The translations under genes and the position numbers were made by a program. DNA of 64,000 bases from Octopus vulgaris (taxonomy: Eukaryota): assembly GCA_951406725.2 (NCBI GenBank), contig OX597833.1:20150001-20214000 (forward strand), written 5' to 3'. This document shows positions 13,811 to 27,275 of this stretch, piece after piece. Numbering within the stretch: the stretch's first letter is position 1; every line of letters starts with the position of its first letter. The notes beneath the pieces are model-generated. The model was given only the letters and a program-made list of their open reading frames with translations. It was not told the origin of the DNA and searched no databases.

Positions 13811-14666
13811 CAGGGTGCGGTGAATAAATTGTCATTTAAATTATGTGAAAATGAAAATAACACTGACATCTCATTTTAATAGATATTTTTACCAAAATTA
13901 CATAAAAAATTCTTGAAATACTAAAGAGTAAATTTATTCAATAAAATCACTATTGGCTTCAACCACAGACTCCACATGACTTCAGAATCTTCTGCAACTC
14001 TTCTGGATGGTCTCCATGTTTAATTTGATTTTTGCCATAGCCCTTGCCTTCAGTTCATCTTTGGTATTACAAGGAGTTTTTTGGGTCTCTCACACAACTG
14101 CTCCCCACACATAATAATCAAGGGGGTTGCGGTCAGGGGCATTATATGGCCAGATGTTAGGGGTGATGTGGTAGCAGAAATTGTCCGACAACCATGACTG
14201 GGTCTTCCTGCTTATGTGGCATGGTGCAGAATCCTGTTGCCAGACATAGGGTCTTCCAGCAGCTACTCTCTTGAACCAGGGCAGCACTACCTCCTCCAGG
14301 CACTTGATGTAGGCCTCCGTTTTGAGTGTATGGCCATGTGGGAAGATGATTCGAGGCATAACATCGTCATCACTAGTGATCACTCCAAACTCCATGATAT
14401 TGACTTGATGTTTGATTTTTATCTCTCTCTTGGTACATGTCCTCAGATTGACACCCAAACACACTGAAATGTTCGTAATGGAGCTTCCAACATGAATGCC
14501 AAGCAGTACATGTTTCCAAATTTCTGGTAGAGTGAATGGCATCATGGTGCTGTTTTTCTCACAGGTGTCCAACTGACCCTACTATACTGTGTAGTCGACA
14601 AAATCAAAAACAAACAATGCTCATGCATGAAATAAAAAATATAAAATATTGACAATTTACCCATTG
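13811..14666 (-). mobile_element. Degenerate DD37D (maT) Tc1/mariner element inserted in a (TA)-rich microsatellite
   Basis: ORF 14090-14572 gives WQQDSAPCH..WPYNAPDRNPLDYYVWG with 37 residues between the 2nd and 3rd catalytic Asp; TA-CAGGGTG left end, TAAATTGTCA inverted at both ends. Confidence 0.85.
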
Positions 14667-14667
14667 T

Positions 14668-15120
14668 ACACACATATATATGCCACATACATACAGACAC
14701 ACATATATATGCCACATACATACACAGACACACACACACATATATATGCCACATACATACACAGACACACATATATATATGCCACATACATACACAGACA
14801 CACATATATATATGCCACATACATACACAGACACACATATATATATGCCACATACATACACAGACACATATATATATATGCCACATACATACACAGACAC
14901 ACATATATATATATGCCACATACATACAGACACACATATATATGCCACATACATACACAGACACACATATATATATGCCACATACATACACAGACACACA
15001 TATATATATGCCACATACATACACAGACACACATATATATGCCACATACATACACAGACACACATATATATGCTACATCCATACGTACATACACACACAC
15101 ACACATACATACATACATGC
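14668..15120. repeat. Minisatellite, ~30-34 bp unit (TA)nTGCCACATACATACACAGACACACA, about 13 copies
   Basis: Read directly from sequence. Confidence 0.95.
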
Positions 15121-15638
15121 ATACATGATGGGCATATTTTAGTTTCCATCTACTAAATCCACTCATGAGGCCTTGTTGGCCCAGGGCTGTAGTAGAAGAC
15201 ACTTGCCCAGGGTATAGCACAGTGAGACCAAGCTTGAAACCATATGGGTTATGTGGTTGGGAAGCAAATCTCTTATCACACAGCCATACCTGTGCCTATA
15301 CAGCCATTGTTGCACCTTCAGCATTCTGTGTTTAAATTCCACTTGCCAAAATCAGCTGACTTCATGACTGGAAATGAGGCTTAATAGACCTCTAGACATA
15401 ACATCTCTGTTGCATCAATACAAGAACAAACAGATCCTACACAAATCAAGACAAATGCTTGAAAAGAACAAATAGATATATAAATAGTATATTTTAAAAT
15501 TGATTTTTATTTTTCTTAATATTATAAATAAATACTGTCAGAAATAACAAGATCTTTGAAATACACACTACATAAACTTGTACGTATATTGTTTATTACA
15601 TAAGAAGCTTAGTAATCAATAACAGAGGTAAATCTTAC

Positions 15639-15693
15639 TTTCATTCTGCTAAAGAATACTTAAATGTTTTGATGTAACGCCCACCTATGTCAC
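15639..15693 (-). other. Candidate 55-nt exon of an unidentified minus-strand host gene
   Basis: Acceptor cttgtgttttcattcag|GTGACA, donor GAATGAAA|gtaaga, in unique sequence; either 5'UTR plus ATG-AAA (A at -3) or terminal coding GDIGGRYIKTFKYSLAE*. Confidence 0.5.
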
Positions 15694-16334
15694 CTGAATG
15701 AAAACACAAGATGGTATATGAACACATGTTTGTCTGTTAATGTATTTAGTTTTTCTTTTTTTTTTTTTGTATTTTCTTTTTTTCCTTTCTGAAATGTATA
15801 TGACGTCAATACAGAAAGTTAACCTAATTCAAGCTTAAGTTTGTTAAGTAGCAAAAATCAGTAAATTTATTGAGCTAAACATTAAAGTAAACCATTAACA
15901 AAAAAAAAGTTTCCTTTCAGCAAATCCAGTATTTTTTTGTTGTTTTTTTTTTGTTTTTTTTTAAGCGTGCTTAATTTCCCAGACACAAAACTATCACTTC
16001 TGTTTTATTTCATAGCAATTATTTCTAATCTTGCCAAATAGGAGTAAACAGCAGGATTTGTTTTGGATAAATAGTACAATATAATTTCATTAAAACTGCT
16101 TCAAGTTAAAAATCTTGCCAATAAAATTGGTTGTAAGAATAATTGTTTCTAACATTATATAATTGCATTTAACATGTTTATTGTAAGAATAATGCCTTGC
16201 TTGACATTTTAAACCTGAAGACATGACAGATTTTATTGACTTTTATTACTTTGTTAAAACACCTCCACTACCAGGTCCGCTTATGATTAAAGGCAATCCA
16301 GTAATGACTATCCCATTTATATTTTCAGAGGTTC

Positions 16335-18180
16335 ACTATGCAACCACATAGTTTCTTTGGGGTTCAGTTCACTGTGCAGAACTTTGGTTAAGTGTCTTCT
16401 ACTATAACTTTGGGCCAACCAATGCTTTGTAAGTGAATTTTGTAGATGGAAACTGTATGGATACCCACACGTGTGTGTGTGTGTGTGTGCATTTGCCTTT
16501 GTGTTTGTCTCCCACTGCTTGATGACCAGTGTCAGTTTGTTTACATCCCTGTATCTTAAAAGTTCAGCAAAAGCATCCAACAGAATAAGTACTAGACTTA
16601 AAAGTAAGTACCAGGGTGGATTTGCTTAACTAAATCCTTTCAGGTGGCGCTCCAGTCCAATGACTGAGACAAGTAAAAAAATAAAAAGGTAAGACGATAT
16701 TCATAGTAGAATTTATCGTAAATATTTTCAATATTCATTCTGCTGAATAATGAGCACATTTGTTTAAAATATGTGCAAGCAACCCACTCCAAATAATGAT
16801 GTTTTGAAACTTTTGTTTTTTTTCAATTTACAAGCACATTACAGGCATTTTCATTATGCCTGAATCCTCTAAACCAGGGATGGGAAAACCCCTGTGAGTC
16901 CATTTTATTGTGCCCGCAGGTTGATATACTCATATGTACAAAATATTGTAAATTTTTCAATCAAAATTTATGGCTGTGAGGTAAGTAGCTTGCTTACGAA
17001 TCACATGGTTCTGGGTTCAGTCCCACTGCGTGGCACATTGGGCAAGTGTATTCTACTATAGCCTTGGGCTGACCAAAGCCTCATGAGTGGATTTGGGAGA
17101 CAGAAACTGTAAGAAGCTCATCGTATATATGTATACATGTGTGTGTATGTGTGTGTGTATATGTTTGTGTGTCTGTGTTTGTTCCCTCAACATCACTTGA
17201 CAACCGATGCTGGTGTATTTATGTCCCTGTAACTTAGCAGTTCAGCAAAAGAGACCAATAGAATAAGTACTAGGCTTACAAAGAATAAGTCCTGGGCTCG
17301 ATTTGCTCGACTAAAGGCGGTGCTCCAGCATGGCCACAGTCAAATGACTGAAACAAGTAAAAGAGTATATCTATTTGTGACATAGGTTGCATTTCCACTA
17401 CGACTTAAAATGGTCAGAAATCGTCCAGTAATTGCCATTTGGATAGAAATTTTGTTTTTTCACTATAAGACACATATTGCTAGGTTTATACCACCCCCTT
17501 GAGACCCAACTACACTTTAGCTGAAAAAAATAGAATACTTCATAAGTAATACAATCATCCTAAATTTAGTGGTGGTGTTAATTTAATGTGTTTAACTTAT
17601 CTTTATTGGTGTATATCAAATTAGACATAGATATATACAAGATTTACACAGATATAAGAATTAAAGCTCTAAAAAGCTTCCCCATTGTATTGCAGTTATC
17701 ATCTGTAAATACCTTTCTCAGAAAGTTCATTTTCTTCCAGAAGTTTCAGTACATAATTATAGGTGAAGGCATGGCTGTGTGGTAAAAAAAAAGTTTGCCT
17801 CCCATAGACATGGCTCCAGGTTCAGTCTCACTGTTGGCACCTTGGGCTAGTGTCTTCTGTTATAGACCCAGGCTGACCAAAACCTTTTGAGTGGATGTGG
17901 TAGACAGAAACTGAAAGAAGCCTATCAGTCATTCATCTCTGCATGCATGCATGTATGTATGTACCTGTGTGTTTGTGTTTGTCCCCTTACCACTGCTTGA
18001 CAGTGTTCCCATTTATGTCCCCATAACTCAGCAGTTTAGCAAAAGGGACTGATAAAATAAGTACCAGGCTTTAAAAAATATAATTACTGGAGTTAATTCA
18101 TTCAAAATTCATTCAACTAAAGCCCTTCAAGGTGGTGCTTCAGCATGGCCACAGTCCAATGAATGAAAGAAGTGAAAGAT
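16335..18180 (+). mobile_element. Three family A SINE copies (16335-16690, 16970-17366, 17761-18180)
   Basis: Homology to 2270-2690. Confidence 0.85.
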
Positions 18181-19291
18181 AAAAAATAATCAGCAATAGT
18201 AGCTGTTTGCTCATCAGGTGTTTCTAGTTTCGACTAGAAACCATAATTCTTCTGGTCAAATTACAAGAAATCACTTTATTCAATTGCAATTATTTCTCTC
18301 TGCAGCAGTTCTACCATAGATGCCTCATTTTTTAAAAAAGCATTAATAGAATGTGTTGCAAGTACAGAATTAACAATTACTTCTATTTAAGTTCAAGCAC
18401 TGGAAAATTTCTTTGCTACTTCAGAATCAGAGAAAGAGTTCTTTTAACCACGATAAACAGTTCATGGATGTTAAGGTATAGTGATGTTTAACAATGAATT
18501 GCACATCTGTAGCAATGACAATTTCTCACATTTTACTACCTGGAGGAGACAAAAGCATGTAACAGGTTATGTTAAGGCTCCAGTTTTTATTTGCATGTAG
18601 GTTCAGTATACAAGACCATAGTAGTAGTCAGCAGTTTAGTGAGATAATTAAAAATGAAGCTTGCACCCTTAGATGTGTGTCTGTAGGAAAAACTGCTTGC
18701 TAGAAAGCAAAAGATGTACAGCATGAAGAATAAAAAAATATATATTGACCAATAATGTTCATCTGAAAGTTCCTATTTATACCTATGGGAAAAGCTGAAC
18801 AAAAAAGGTATACGTCTTATCCATGATAACCTTTAAATGACCAAAGAATTCTGACCGAAACAAAGGAAAGTGTATGTCTTATCTATGACACCACCAAATA
18901 ACCCAAGAATTCTAATTCATACAAAGGAACCAAGATAAGTTTGACAGGTGACCTCATAAATTTCCCTAGTACTAATGCTGAATATAAAGGAAAGGATCTG
19001 ATAGGAAAATCTCAGCTAAGATTTTGATTCTTGGCTAAGAATCCAAGAAACGATTTCTTACACATGTGTTTGTTTCATTGATTTGCCTTTTCTTTGAAAT
19101 GGTTTCTTGTGTTTCCAAGTTCACAGACATGTGTGAAAATCATTAATGTTTTTATTAACCACAGAAATGAATATTCATAGTTTGCACACCAAACACTGCA
19201 CGTCTTATTCATCTTTGTCTTCTTCAAAATGTAGGAGTGTACTTTACTGCTCTAAAGTGATTTTACACTTGTTTATGGTGTGGCTGAGATG

Positions 19292-19810
19292 CTGGCATGG
19301 CAGCGTGGGAAAGAAGTTCACATCCCAACCACATGGTTTTGGGGTTCAATTTCACTGTGTGGCACCTTGGGCAAATGTCTTCTACAAGAGCCCTGAGCCA
19401 ACCAATGTTTTGTGAGAGAATTTGGTAAACAGAAACTCAGAGTGTGTGTGTGTGTGCGTGCACGCGCATGCACGTTCCCACACATGCATGCATGCTTGTG
19501 CGTGTGCACGCACATGTGCACACACGTGCATGCATACTTTGTGTATGTATGAGTGAATGTATGTGTGTGAGTGTATGTATGTGTATGTTTATGATTATAT
19601 GTGTGTGTGTCTTTGCGTCAGCATTTGTTCCTCCACCACCACTTAACAAATGCTGTTGGTTTGTTTACATCCTTATAACCTAGCAGTTCGGTTGAAGAGG
19701 CTGATAGAATAAGTAACAGGCATTAAAAAAATAAGTACTTTGTTGATTTGTTCGGCTAAACCTTTCATGGCAATACTCCAGTACAATCACAGTCCAATGA
19801 CTGAAACAAA
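19292..19810 (+). mobile_element. Diverged family A SINE with expanded (TG)/(GCAT) middle
   Basis: Homology to 2270-2690. Confidence 0.8.
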
Positions 19811-20243
19811 ATTTTAAAAATCTCTAAAGACAAAGTTAATAGTTTGAAAAATTAAATGTTACCAAAGGACATAATTTATTGTTTATGCAGAAAGGATACT
19901 GTACAACTGGCCAATATGTTGTTGATGTACTGCCATGGTTCTCAATCATTTTTTGCCTGTCAAACCCTTTGGTTCCTATTTTACTCAGGTACAAATGAAT
20001 AAGTCTGTGATGGACTGGTGTCATGCTCAGGGAGGATATTGTGATCTTGGTCATTTGTATGCCATGGAAACCAGGTAACTGACCCCACAATCCCTGGGAC
20101 TCAAGACAGTAATGTTTAGGGGATGGTGATGATAATGATGACTTTAGATGCCTTCTACCATACCTTGAAGTCAACCACTACCTTGTGAAAGTAATTTGGT
20201 AGATGTAAACTGTACAAAGGCCCATCATATATATATATATATT

Positions 20244-20791
20244 TATAAAGAAGGATAAGATTGATATCTAAATATCGATCTTATCAAGTGGCCAGCATGG
20301 GAATAAAAACCTTACAAAGGTAATAATTATTTAAAATTATAAATTAGGATATCTGAGAGATACCACCATGCTGAAATAGCAGTCAAAACCTGCCCCTAAA
20401 GCCACATTAAATGTTCATATAGCACTAGGAGAGTAGACAGAGAGACAAAATAAACTAGCAAAAAAATTTTACTGGATAATTCCAGATCCTGGATTTCTGG
20501 CTTTGCATAAGAGATGCTCTGCCTTCTTCAGTGGAATATACTCAGCACATAAATACAAATATATATATATATATATACAACATATGATATACTTACATAT
20601 ACGAACGTCGATACATACATATATATGCACGTATGTACACGACCAGCTTAAATTGCCCGCCTAACAGCTCCTCACGCGATATGGTCAGAATAAACACGGC
20701 AGTGAATATAATGATGAAATATATAAATTTATAAATAAGGATAAGATCAATATTTAAATATCGACCTTATCAAGTGGCCAGCATGGGAATA
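20244..20791 (-). mobile_element. Penelope-like/retrozyme-like non-autonomous element with ~60-bp terminal direct repeats, in (TA)n
   Basis: Direct repeats 20244-20305 and 20729-20791 (486-bp period), internal hammerhead, (TA)n on both sides. Confidence 0.7.
20479..20537 (-). ncRNA. Minimal type I hammerhead ribozyme motif
   Basis: AUUCCA-CUGAAGA-A-GGC..GCC-A-GAAA-UCCAGGA-UC-UGGAAU: 6-bp stem I, canonical core, quasi-palindromic stem III. Confidence 0.75.
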
Positions 20792-22535
20792 TATATATAT
20801 ATATATATATATATATCTTTTGCCAAAAGTGCAGGTGACAACCTCAAATATGTTTCATTTTGTTTAGGACCGCCTCAACAAAACAGAGCTTTCTCTGTAC
20901 TTGCCAAAATTAGTGATAAAAGAATTACTATATTGATATATAATAACCTACATGATATTATTCATGCTGATAGAACAAAAAAACCCTAGGTAGTTTTCCC
21001 CCACTCATTATTCCTGAAACCAGCACATACACATTTTGTAAATCAATATAACGATTCTCTTATCACTAAACTGGCATATATGAAGAAGGGTGTTTCGCCA
21101 AGGAGGTTTAATAAGACCAAAACATGCCTAGAATTGTCTGTTGTACTTGCCAGGATTACATTAAATAAAAATTAGTCATTAAGCAAATTTTTTCTTTTCT
21201 TGTACCATAAGTGTGATGGCCTTAATTTGACTCTTGTTAACTTTGCCATTTGCAATTACAAAGTAATATTCTGAAATAATGAATGACCAAATTTACTAAA
21301 ACTTATATTTCCTTAAGGCATAATTTAATGTAATCATTGAATGGGCTGCAATAGAATTATGTTGTTAGTAATTACATAAAAATCTTTTATTTTGCATTAG
21401 CATTTAGAAAGGGAAGAAATAAAAAAGAAAATTCTACTTGAATTACTTAAAAGATAATTAGGAGATGATAAGATAGATATCTATTTCTGCCAAATTTTCC
21501 TGACAGTGTACATTAGGAAACTTGCCAAACACTGCTATCTGTTGTAATTTTCAGGCGGTTGCATTCAAAGTACTTTAGCAATTGGTGCTAAAGGAAAATC
21601 AAAATGCTTTACAAAATTTGAGTTTTTGAGAAACAAACAAAACCTCAAAAGAGAGGAGACACGCTAACCAAAACTGTAGCTGATGTAAGCCTAAAGCAAT
21701 CATCTTCATTTAACTGCCATGCTTTCCATGCTGGCATGGGTTGGAAAGTTCAACAAGAGGTAGCAAGCCAGAGAGCTACACTAGGCTCCAATTGTCTGCT
21801 TTGGTATGGTTTCTATGATTGGATGCCCTTCCTAATGCCGATAAAACAAAAAGCATTTGAGCAGACATAAAATTGCAGACATGGCTGAGTGTTTAAGGAG
21901 TTCCCTTCCCAACCATATGGTTTTGGATTCAGTCTCACAGCACTGCACCTTGGGTAAGTGTCTTCTGTTATAGACCTGGGCCTACTAAAGCCTAATAAAG
22001 AAATAAATAATAGCTATCAGGCTAAAGCCATTGTGCAAACATACAACTATTCTAGAAGACCAATCTACTTAAAATCTTAACCTTTGAGCTAAGAAGATAA
22101 GTGGTTGTCAGTCTATCTTTCAAATATTGCATGCTTACCAAGATTTGAATAATGAGTGTGTTCTACTATGAATATAACAGCAGGAGCTAGTAGCTGTTTA
22201 ATCTCAAATCAGCTTTGATCCAGCAGAATTATGTCTTACAGCCATGACCATCCTGCCATTTTATCAGTTTTGTATCTAGGAATATCTATTATGTTGTTCC
22301 TTTTTCTTTAAGACAGTAGAGTGTGATTTGAGAATAGATTTGTGTGAGAAATTTGGCTGCTATTTCCTGCAGATCAAAAGACCTTACAGAGGCTTATTGT
22401 CACATGATTGAACTGAATCTTAAATGGCTAAACACTAATACTTCTTTTTTTTTTAAATAGCACTCAAAATTATTACAATGCCATCCCATAATTATATTAC
22501 TCTGTCACTCATTCTTGACATCCATCACTCACTCA

Positions 22536-22566
<31 letters not shown>

Positions 22567-23665
22567 CCATTTGCTGACCATATCATTTCTATTGGATCTC
22601 CTCACCAACAATCATGATATCATCATGTAAATGCCTATCACACATTCACTCTTACTCTTATTTTCCTCACTATCACCCTCCCACTCTTGTCACTCTGGTC
22701 CTTTTCCATAATGCTCTCCTCCAATCACCTTGCTTTGGTCCTCTTTCATCGCTGGCTCCTACCTGTTGGAGATGAGGCAATCTTACATGCTGTTGAACAA
22801 ATGAACAGAGATAATATAGGATAAGAAGATTCATTAACCTTGCCAAAGGCAAGACAACCTTTATGGTGTTAAGGTTAGTCTCACTATACTCTTAGTATAC
22901 TTAGTGGTTGGTGAATGAAAAGAAACAATGTATGACAGAGAGGTTACTTTTAGGCTTGCTGGAGTTAAGACAACCTCTCTAGTGCTAGTGCCATAATAAG
23001 CACTCAGTCTACTCTTTAAGGTTGTTGATGAATTGAGATAGAACATATCATCTCTAGTACTGTTGATAATCAAGTATGGAATGTAGTAGTAGTAGTAGTA
23101 GTGTTGGTGGTCCACTTAAGGACATACTTTGAAAATACAATATAACCAAGAAAATAAAATCGGTTGACAACAAGAAAGTTATGCATCTTCAAATAAACAA
23201 ACACACATGCTAAAAATGGAACCAACAAGACATGGCTACTAATCCATCTAGGAGGGCAGTAACTCTGAATAAGGATTAAGTTCATAACTTATCCAATCCA
23301 TGCCAGCATGGAAAAGCAGGTATAAAAATGAAGATGATTATAATCAAGAGGAATGTATTCTGAGTACTGTTGCTTTGATGTGTTTATTATCAATTTAATA
23401 AATGATTCAATGAAATAAGAGTCAAATAATTTTATGCATAAAACAAAGCTTTAACAATTTATTTTTCAATCCAAAGTCAATCTTTACAGAACAGACATGT
23501 ACTCAGAGTTATCCCAGCCATAACTATCTTATCTGGGTTTTTTGTTTGTTTGTTCATTTTATTGTATTTTTTTTTTGCTTCTTTTTTTTTCTTCAGGCAG
23601 TCCTTTTCCTAACACAAAAGATTGTGGTTTGTGGGAGATTAGTCTGCTAACTTAAGCAAATTGTG

Positions 23666-23990
23666 TGAAGGCACATGGCTTAGTGGTTTGGGTATCTGGC
23701 TCAGGATCATAAGATCATGAGTTCAATTCCCAATGGTGTGTTATGTCCTTGAGCAAGACACTTTATTTCATGTTATTCTAGTCCACTCGGCTAGCAAAAA
23801 TGAGTAGTACTTGTATTTCAATGGGCAAGCCCTGTCACACTTTGTGTCATGCTGAATCTCCCTGAGAACTATGTTATGGGTACACATGTCTGTGGAATAC
23901 TCAGCCACTTGCATGTTACTTTCCTGAGAAGGCTGTCCCATTGATCAGGTCAAATAGAACACATTGTTGTAATCAAAAGAGTGCCAGCTA
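23666..23990 (+). mobile_element. Family D SINE, long-tail variant
   Basis: GAAGGCACATGGCTTAGTGG head; similar copies at 44118-44445 (+), 13285-13520, 31028-31935 and 53710-53980 (-). Confidence 0.8.
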
Positions 23991-24064
23991 GTTATCTTTA
24001 GCAAAATTAAGCAACCATTTACAGACATCCTAACTGAATTTCCTTATGACTTGGTATAACAAAG

Positions 24065-24356
24065 AGAGTGTTTTCCCACATATTTCAATCCTGTGATTGC
24101 TTATTTCACCTATATGCCTCTATTAGGTAGAGGAATTATTAATACATCTGTCTTGGCATTAGGAAGCGCATCCAGCTGTAGAAACCAAGCCAAAACAAAC
24201 TAAGGAACCCAGAGTGTTTTCTCACATATTTCGATCCTATGATTGCTTAATTCACCTATATGCCTCTGTTAGGTAGAGGAATTATTAATACATCTGTCTT
24301 GACATTAGGAAGCGCATCCAGCTATAGAAATCAAGCCAAAACAAACTAAGGAACCC
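24065..24356. repeat. Tandem duplication, 2 x 146 bp
   Basis: 24065-24210 and 24211-24356 are near identical and span unique sequence plus a SINE start. Confidence 0.95.
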
Positions 24357-25562
24357 AGGGCGTCCCCTGGCATTGCTAGTTCCTGTCAAACCATCCAACT
24401 CATGCCATCACAGAAAACAGGCATTAAATGTTGTTGATAATGATGATGATGTCCTCATTTATCATAGGCATTTGTTGGAAAAAGAAAAACAGTGTTAAAC
24501 AAATCAGTGATAAATGAATAATAGAACATATGTAAAAAATAGATTTCGTTCCAAGACCCCATGTTGTCCTGAGTCTTATGGATGGTCGCTGGGGCCTGCT
24601 TTCACAGTCAAAGCAGAATTGTTGACTGATCGCCAATCCATGTTGGCACAGATGAATTCATGATAAGTCTAACATGGTTCACAATGAGTGTATTGCATTA
24701 TCCCAGATCAGTGAATGAATGAATAAATAATAAATCAGAATAGATGTACTGCTAGACTAAAATTGTTTGGACAACAAACTTCACTTTCTCTGTTTAGTAA
24801 AATCAACAAGTTTTGAACATTTTGTTCATTATCCAGTACAATATTTGTACACATTCAGAAAGGATCGGAGCTTTTGAATTTTTTATTATGCATGATCCTA
24901 ATGCTATTAACCTCTAGTCCATGGCTCAAAACTGTGGAACATAAATAAACATGATAAACGAGACATTAGGTATATGAACTGTTTAAAACAGTCTTTTACA
25001 AAAATATGAAAAGGTGAGCTGAGCTTAAATTTACTTTTGATTTGGTTATTTCCTGCCACTTGCTCTGCTTCTAACACATTAATCTTCCACCTCTAAATCA
25101 CTGCATGATGTATTTTCACATTTCACAGTCCAATTTTTCAAACAATGAATTCAATGATAAATCACTAAATTAAATTTACTGACTCCCTTCCATTTAGCCT
25201 TGCAAATCCAATAAACCAAGTAATTCTCTCTGATATTCTCTCTGATCGCTGCATCATCATCATCATCATCATCATCCTCATATCACCACCACCACCATCA
25301 TCATCATCAACAACTGAGCAAATGTTTCACTAGTATATAGTACTCTCACCATTATTTACATGTGTGTGTGTATCTATCCTGTTTATATTGCATACAGCCA
25401 GCTTTTGATACAAACAGCAATTTGATTCATTAAAGGTACCTTTATGTAGTTGTCAAAAAGTAGTTGGAACATCTTTGGTCTTACAGAACATCTTTGCCCA
25501 GTCAAAAGTAACCTGAGGTTAAACAATAAGTTGCAGTTTCTTGAAAGATTTTTTCAGCCAAC

Positions 25563-26359
25563 TTAACCTTTTAGCATTCAGATTACTTAAGATTAATATA
25601 CTTATCTATTCACATTCATCATCATCATTGTTTAACATTTGCCTTCCAGGCTGGCATGGGCTGGACAGTTTGTCAGGAGCCAAGCCAGGTAGAAGACTAC
25701 ACCAGGCTACTGTATCTGTTTTGGCGTGGTTTTTATGATTGGATGCCCTTCCTAATACCAACCACTCAGCAGAGTGGACTGAGTGCTTTTTACATGGTAC
25801 CAGCACAGGTGAAGACAAGGTTTTTACAGCTAGCTGTCCTTCCAAATGCTAACCACTTTACAATGTGGACTGGATGCTTTTTATGTGGGGCACCAGTATT
25901 GTTTTGAATCAATCATGCATTATCTCGTAGCTTCGAGATCTCAATGATGTGAATTTTTAGTCGTAGAATGACACTGTAGGGGTATATGTGAAAGGATCTG
26001 GATGGGTTAAACATAAACAGGTAGGATTTTTTCTTTTTTTTTTTTATGACCAGGTACCAACCTAGGCTGCAACAACAAGGTCCATCTGCCACACTTTTAA
26101 GTCCTACATCACTCTCAGAGATCCTTGATACATTCCAGGCCAGTGTCTGCAATGAAGTTGTTGATGTAAGTAGGTTCTAACAAGACTAATTTGGAGGCCT
26201 CCAGCTCAGGGTGGTGCTTGCAGTGATCAGATGGTAAAGCACCCATGTCTGATGAAACAGATCAAACACAACAACTGCCAGAATTGGACAGCACACAAAT
26301 GTCAAGAACAGATAGGGTATTTGAGCTGGATATGGTCAGTTTAAATGCTAAAGGGTTAA
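25563..26359. mobile_element. TTAA-flanked piggyBac-type MITE interrupted by a family C SINE and an RTE fragment
   Basis: TTAACCTTTTAGCATT ... AATGCTAAAGGGTTAA; uninterrupted copy at 50398-50624. Confidence 0.75.
26027..26308 (-). mobile_element. 5'-truncated RTE-like LINE 3' end with poly(A)
   Basis: Minus-strand PTYINNFIADTGLECIKDL resembles the RTE ORF C-terminus; poly(A) tail; degraded TSD ACAGGTAGG/ACAGATAGG. Confidence 0.55.
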
Positions 26360-26994
26360 ACTTTTAGATTCTAATCAATATGCAATCACTAGCTCAATCC
26401 GTCACTAATTACATTATCTATTACAACCAGTGATAAGAACAAGTAAACATGTTTATATAGTTATAAATGTAGTGCAATGTGTGTGTGTGTGTGTGTAGAC
26501 TGATTACTCATTACATTAGAAAATTACAATAAGGACCAAAAGTACTGAACACGTGCCTTATCGGTAAAAACAAACACACAAATAAACTAAATAACTCATA
26601 TTAGCTAATTGAACCTGATTACTGTTGCTGATCTAATATATGTTCAAACTCTTAAAGCTTGCAATTGTACTTTTATTTATTCATTTATTTATTTATTTAT
26701 TTAATTCCTCTCTAATCAGATGATTCCTTTTCTTCAATTCACTCAAGCAGATTATTAGAATTAAGTCATCCAGTGAGCATAATGAGGGAGGCCACATCAG
26801 CCAAAGTTATTCAATCAATACTGAACTGATTAAATGAACATAGGAATGTGAAGTAACATAGTAAGATTTTCCTTTTTAAATCTTTTTTTCCAATTGTTTC
26901 AGACACTTTGAAAAAATAAATATATTTTTTGGAAGTTTTTTTCTCTCTCTAATCATAATTATTTTTTAATATCTATTTTTTAATTTTTTAATAT

Positions 26995-27244
26995 CCTCGC
27001 CTGGCCTCCGTGCTGGTGGCACGTAAAAAGCACCATCCGAGCGTGGCCGTTCGCCAGCCTCGTCTGGCACCTGTGTCGGTGGCACGTAAAAAGCACCCAC
27101 TACACTCACGGAGTGGTTGGCGTTAGGAAGGGCATCCAGCTGTAGAAACACTGCCAGATCTGACTGGCCTGGTGCAGCCTTCTGGTTTCCCAGACCCCAG
27201 TTGAACCGTCCAACCCATGCTAGCATGGAAAGCGGACGTTAAAC

Positions 27245-27273
<29 letters not shown>
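26995..27273 (+). mobile_element. Young family C SINE
   Basis: CpG-rich, long (GAT)n tail, possible TTAATAT TSD. Confidence 0.85.

Positions 27274-27275
<2 letters not shown>

Noticed and set aside
14668-15120. Regular ~32-bp repeat superficially like a CRISPR array
   Set aside because: No unique spacers, no cas genes, eukaryotic context
24545-24700. Minus-strand peptide FICANMDWRSVNNS..SDHP resembling a LINE APE endonuclease end
   Set aside because: Too short and degenerate to support without a profile search
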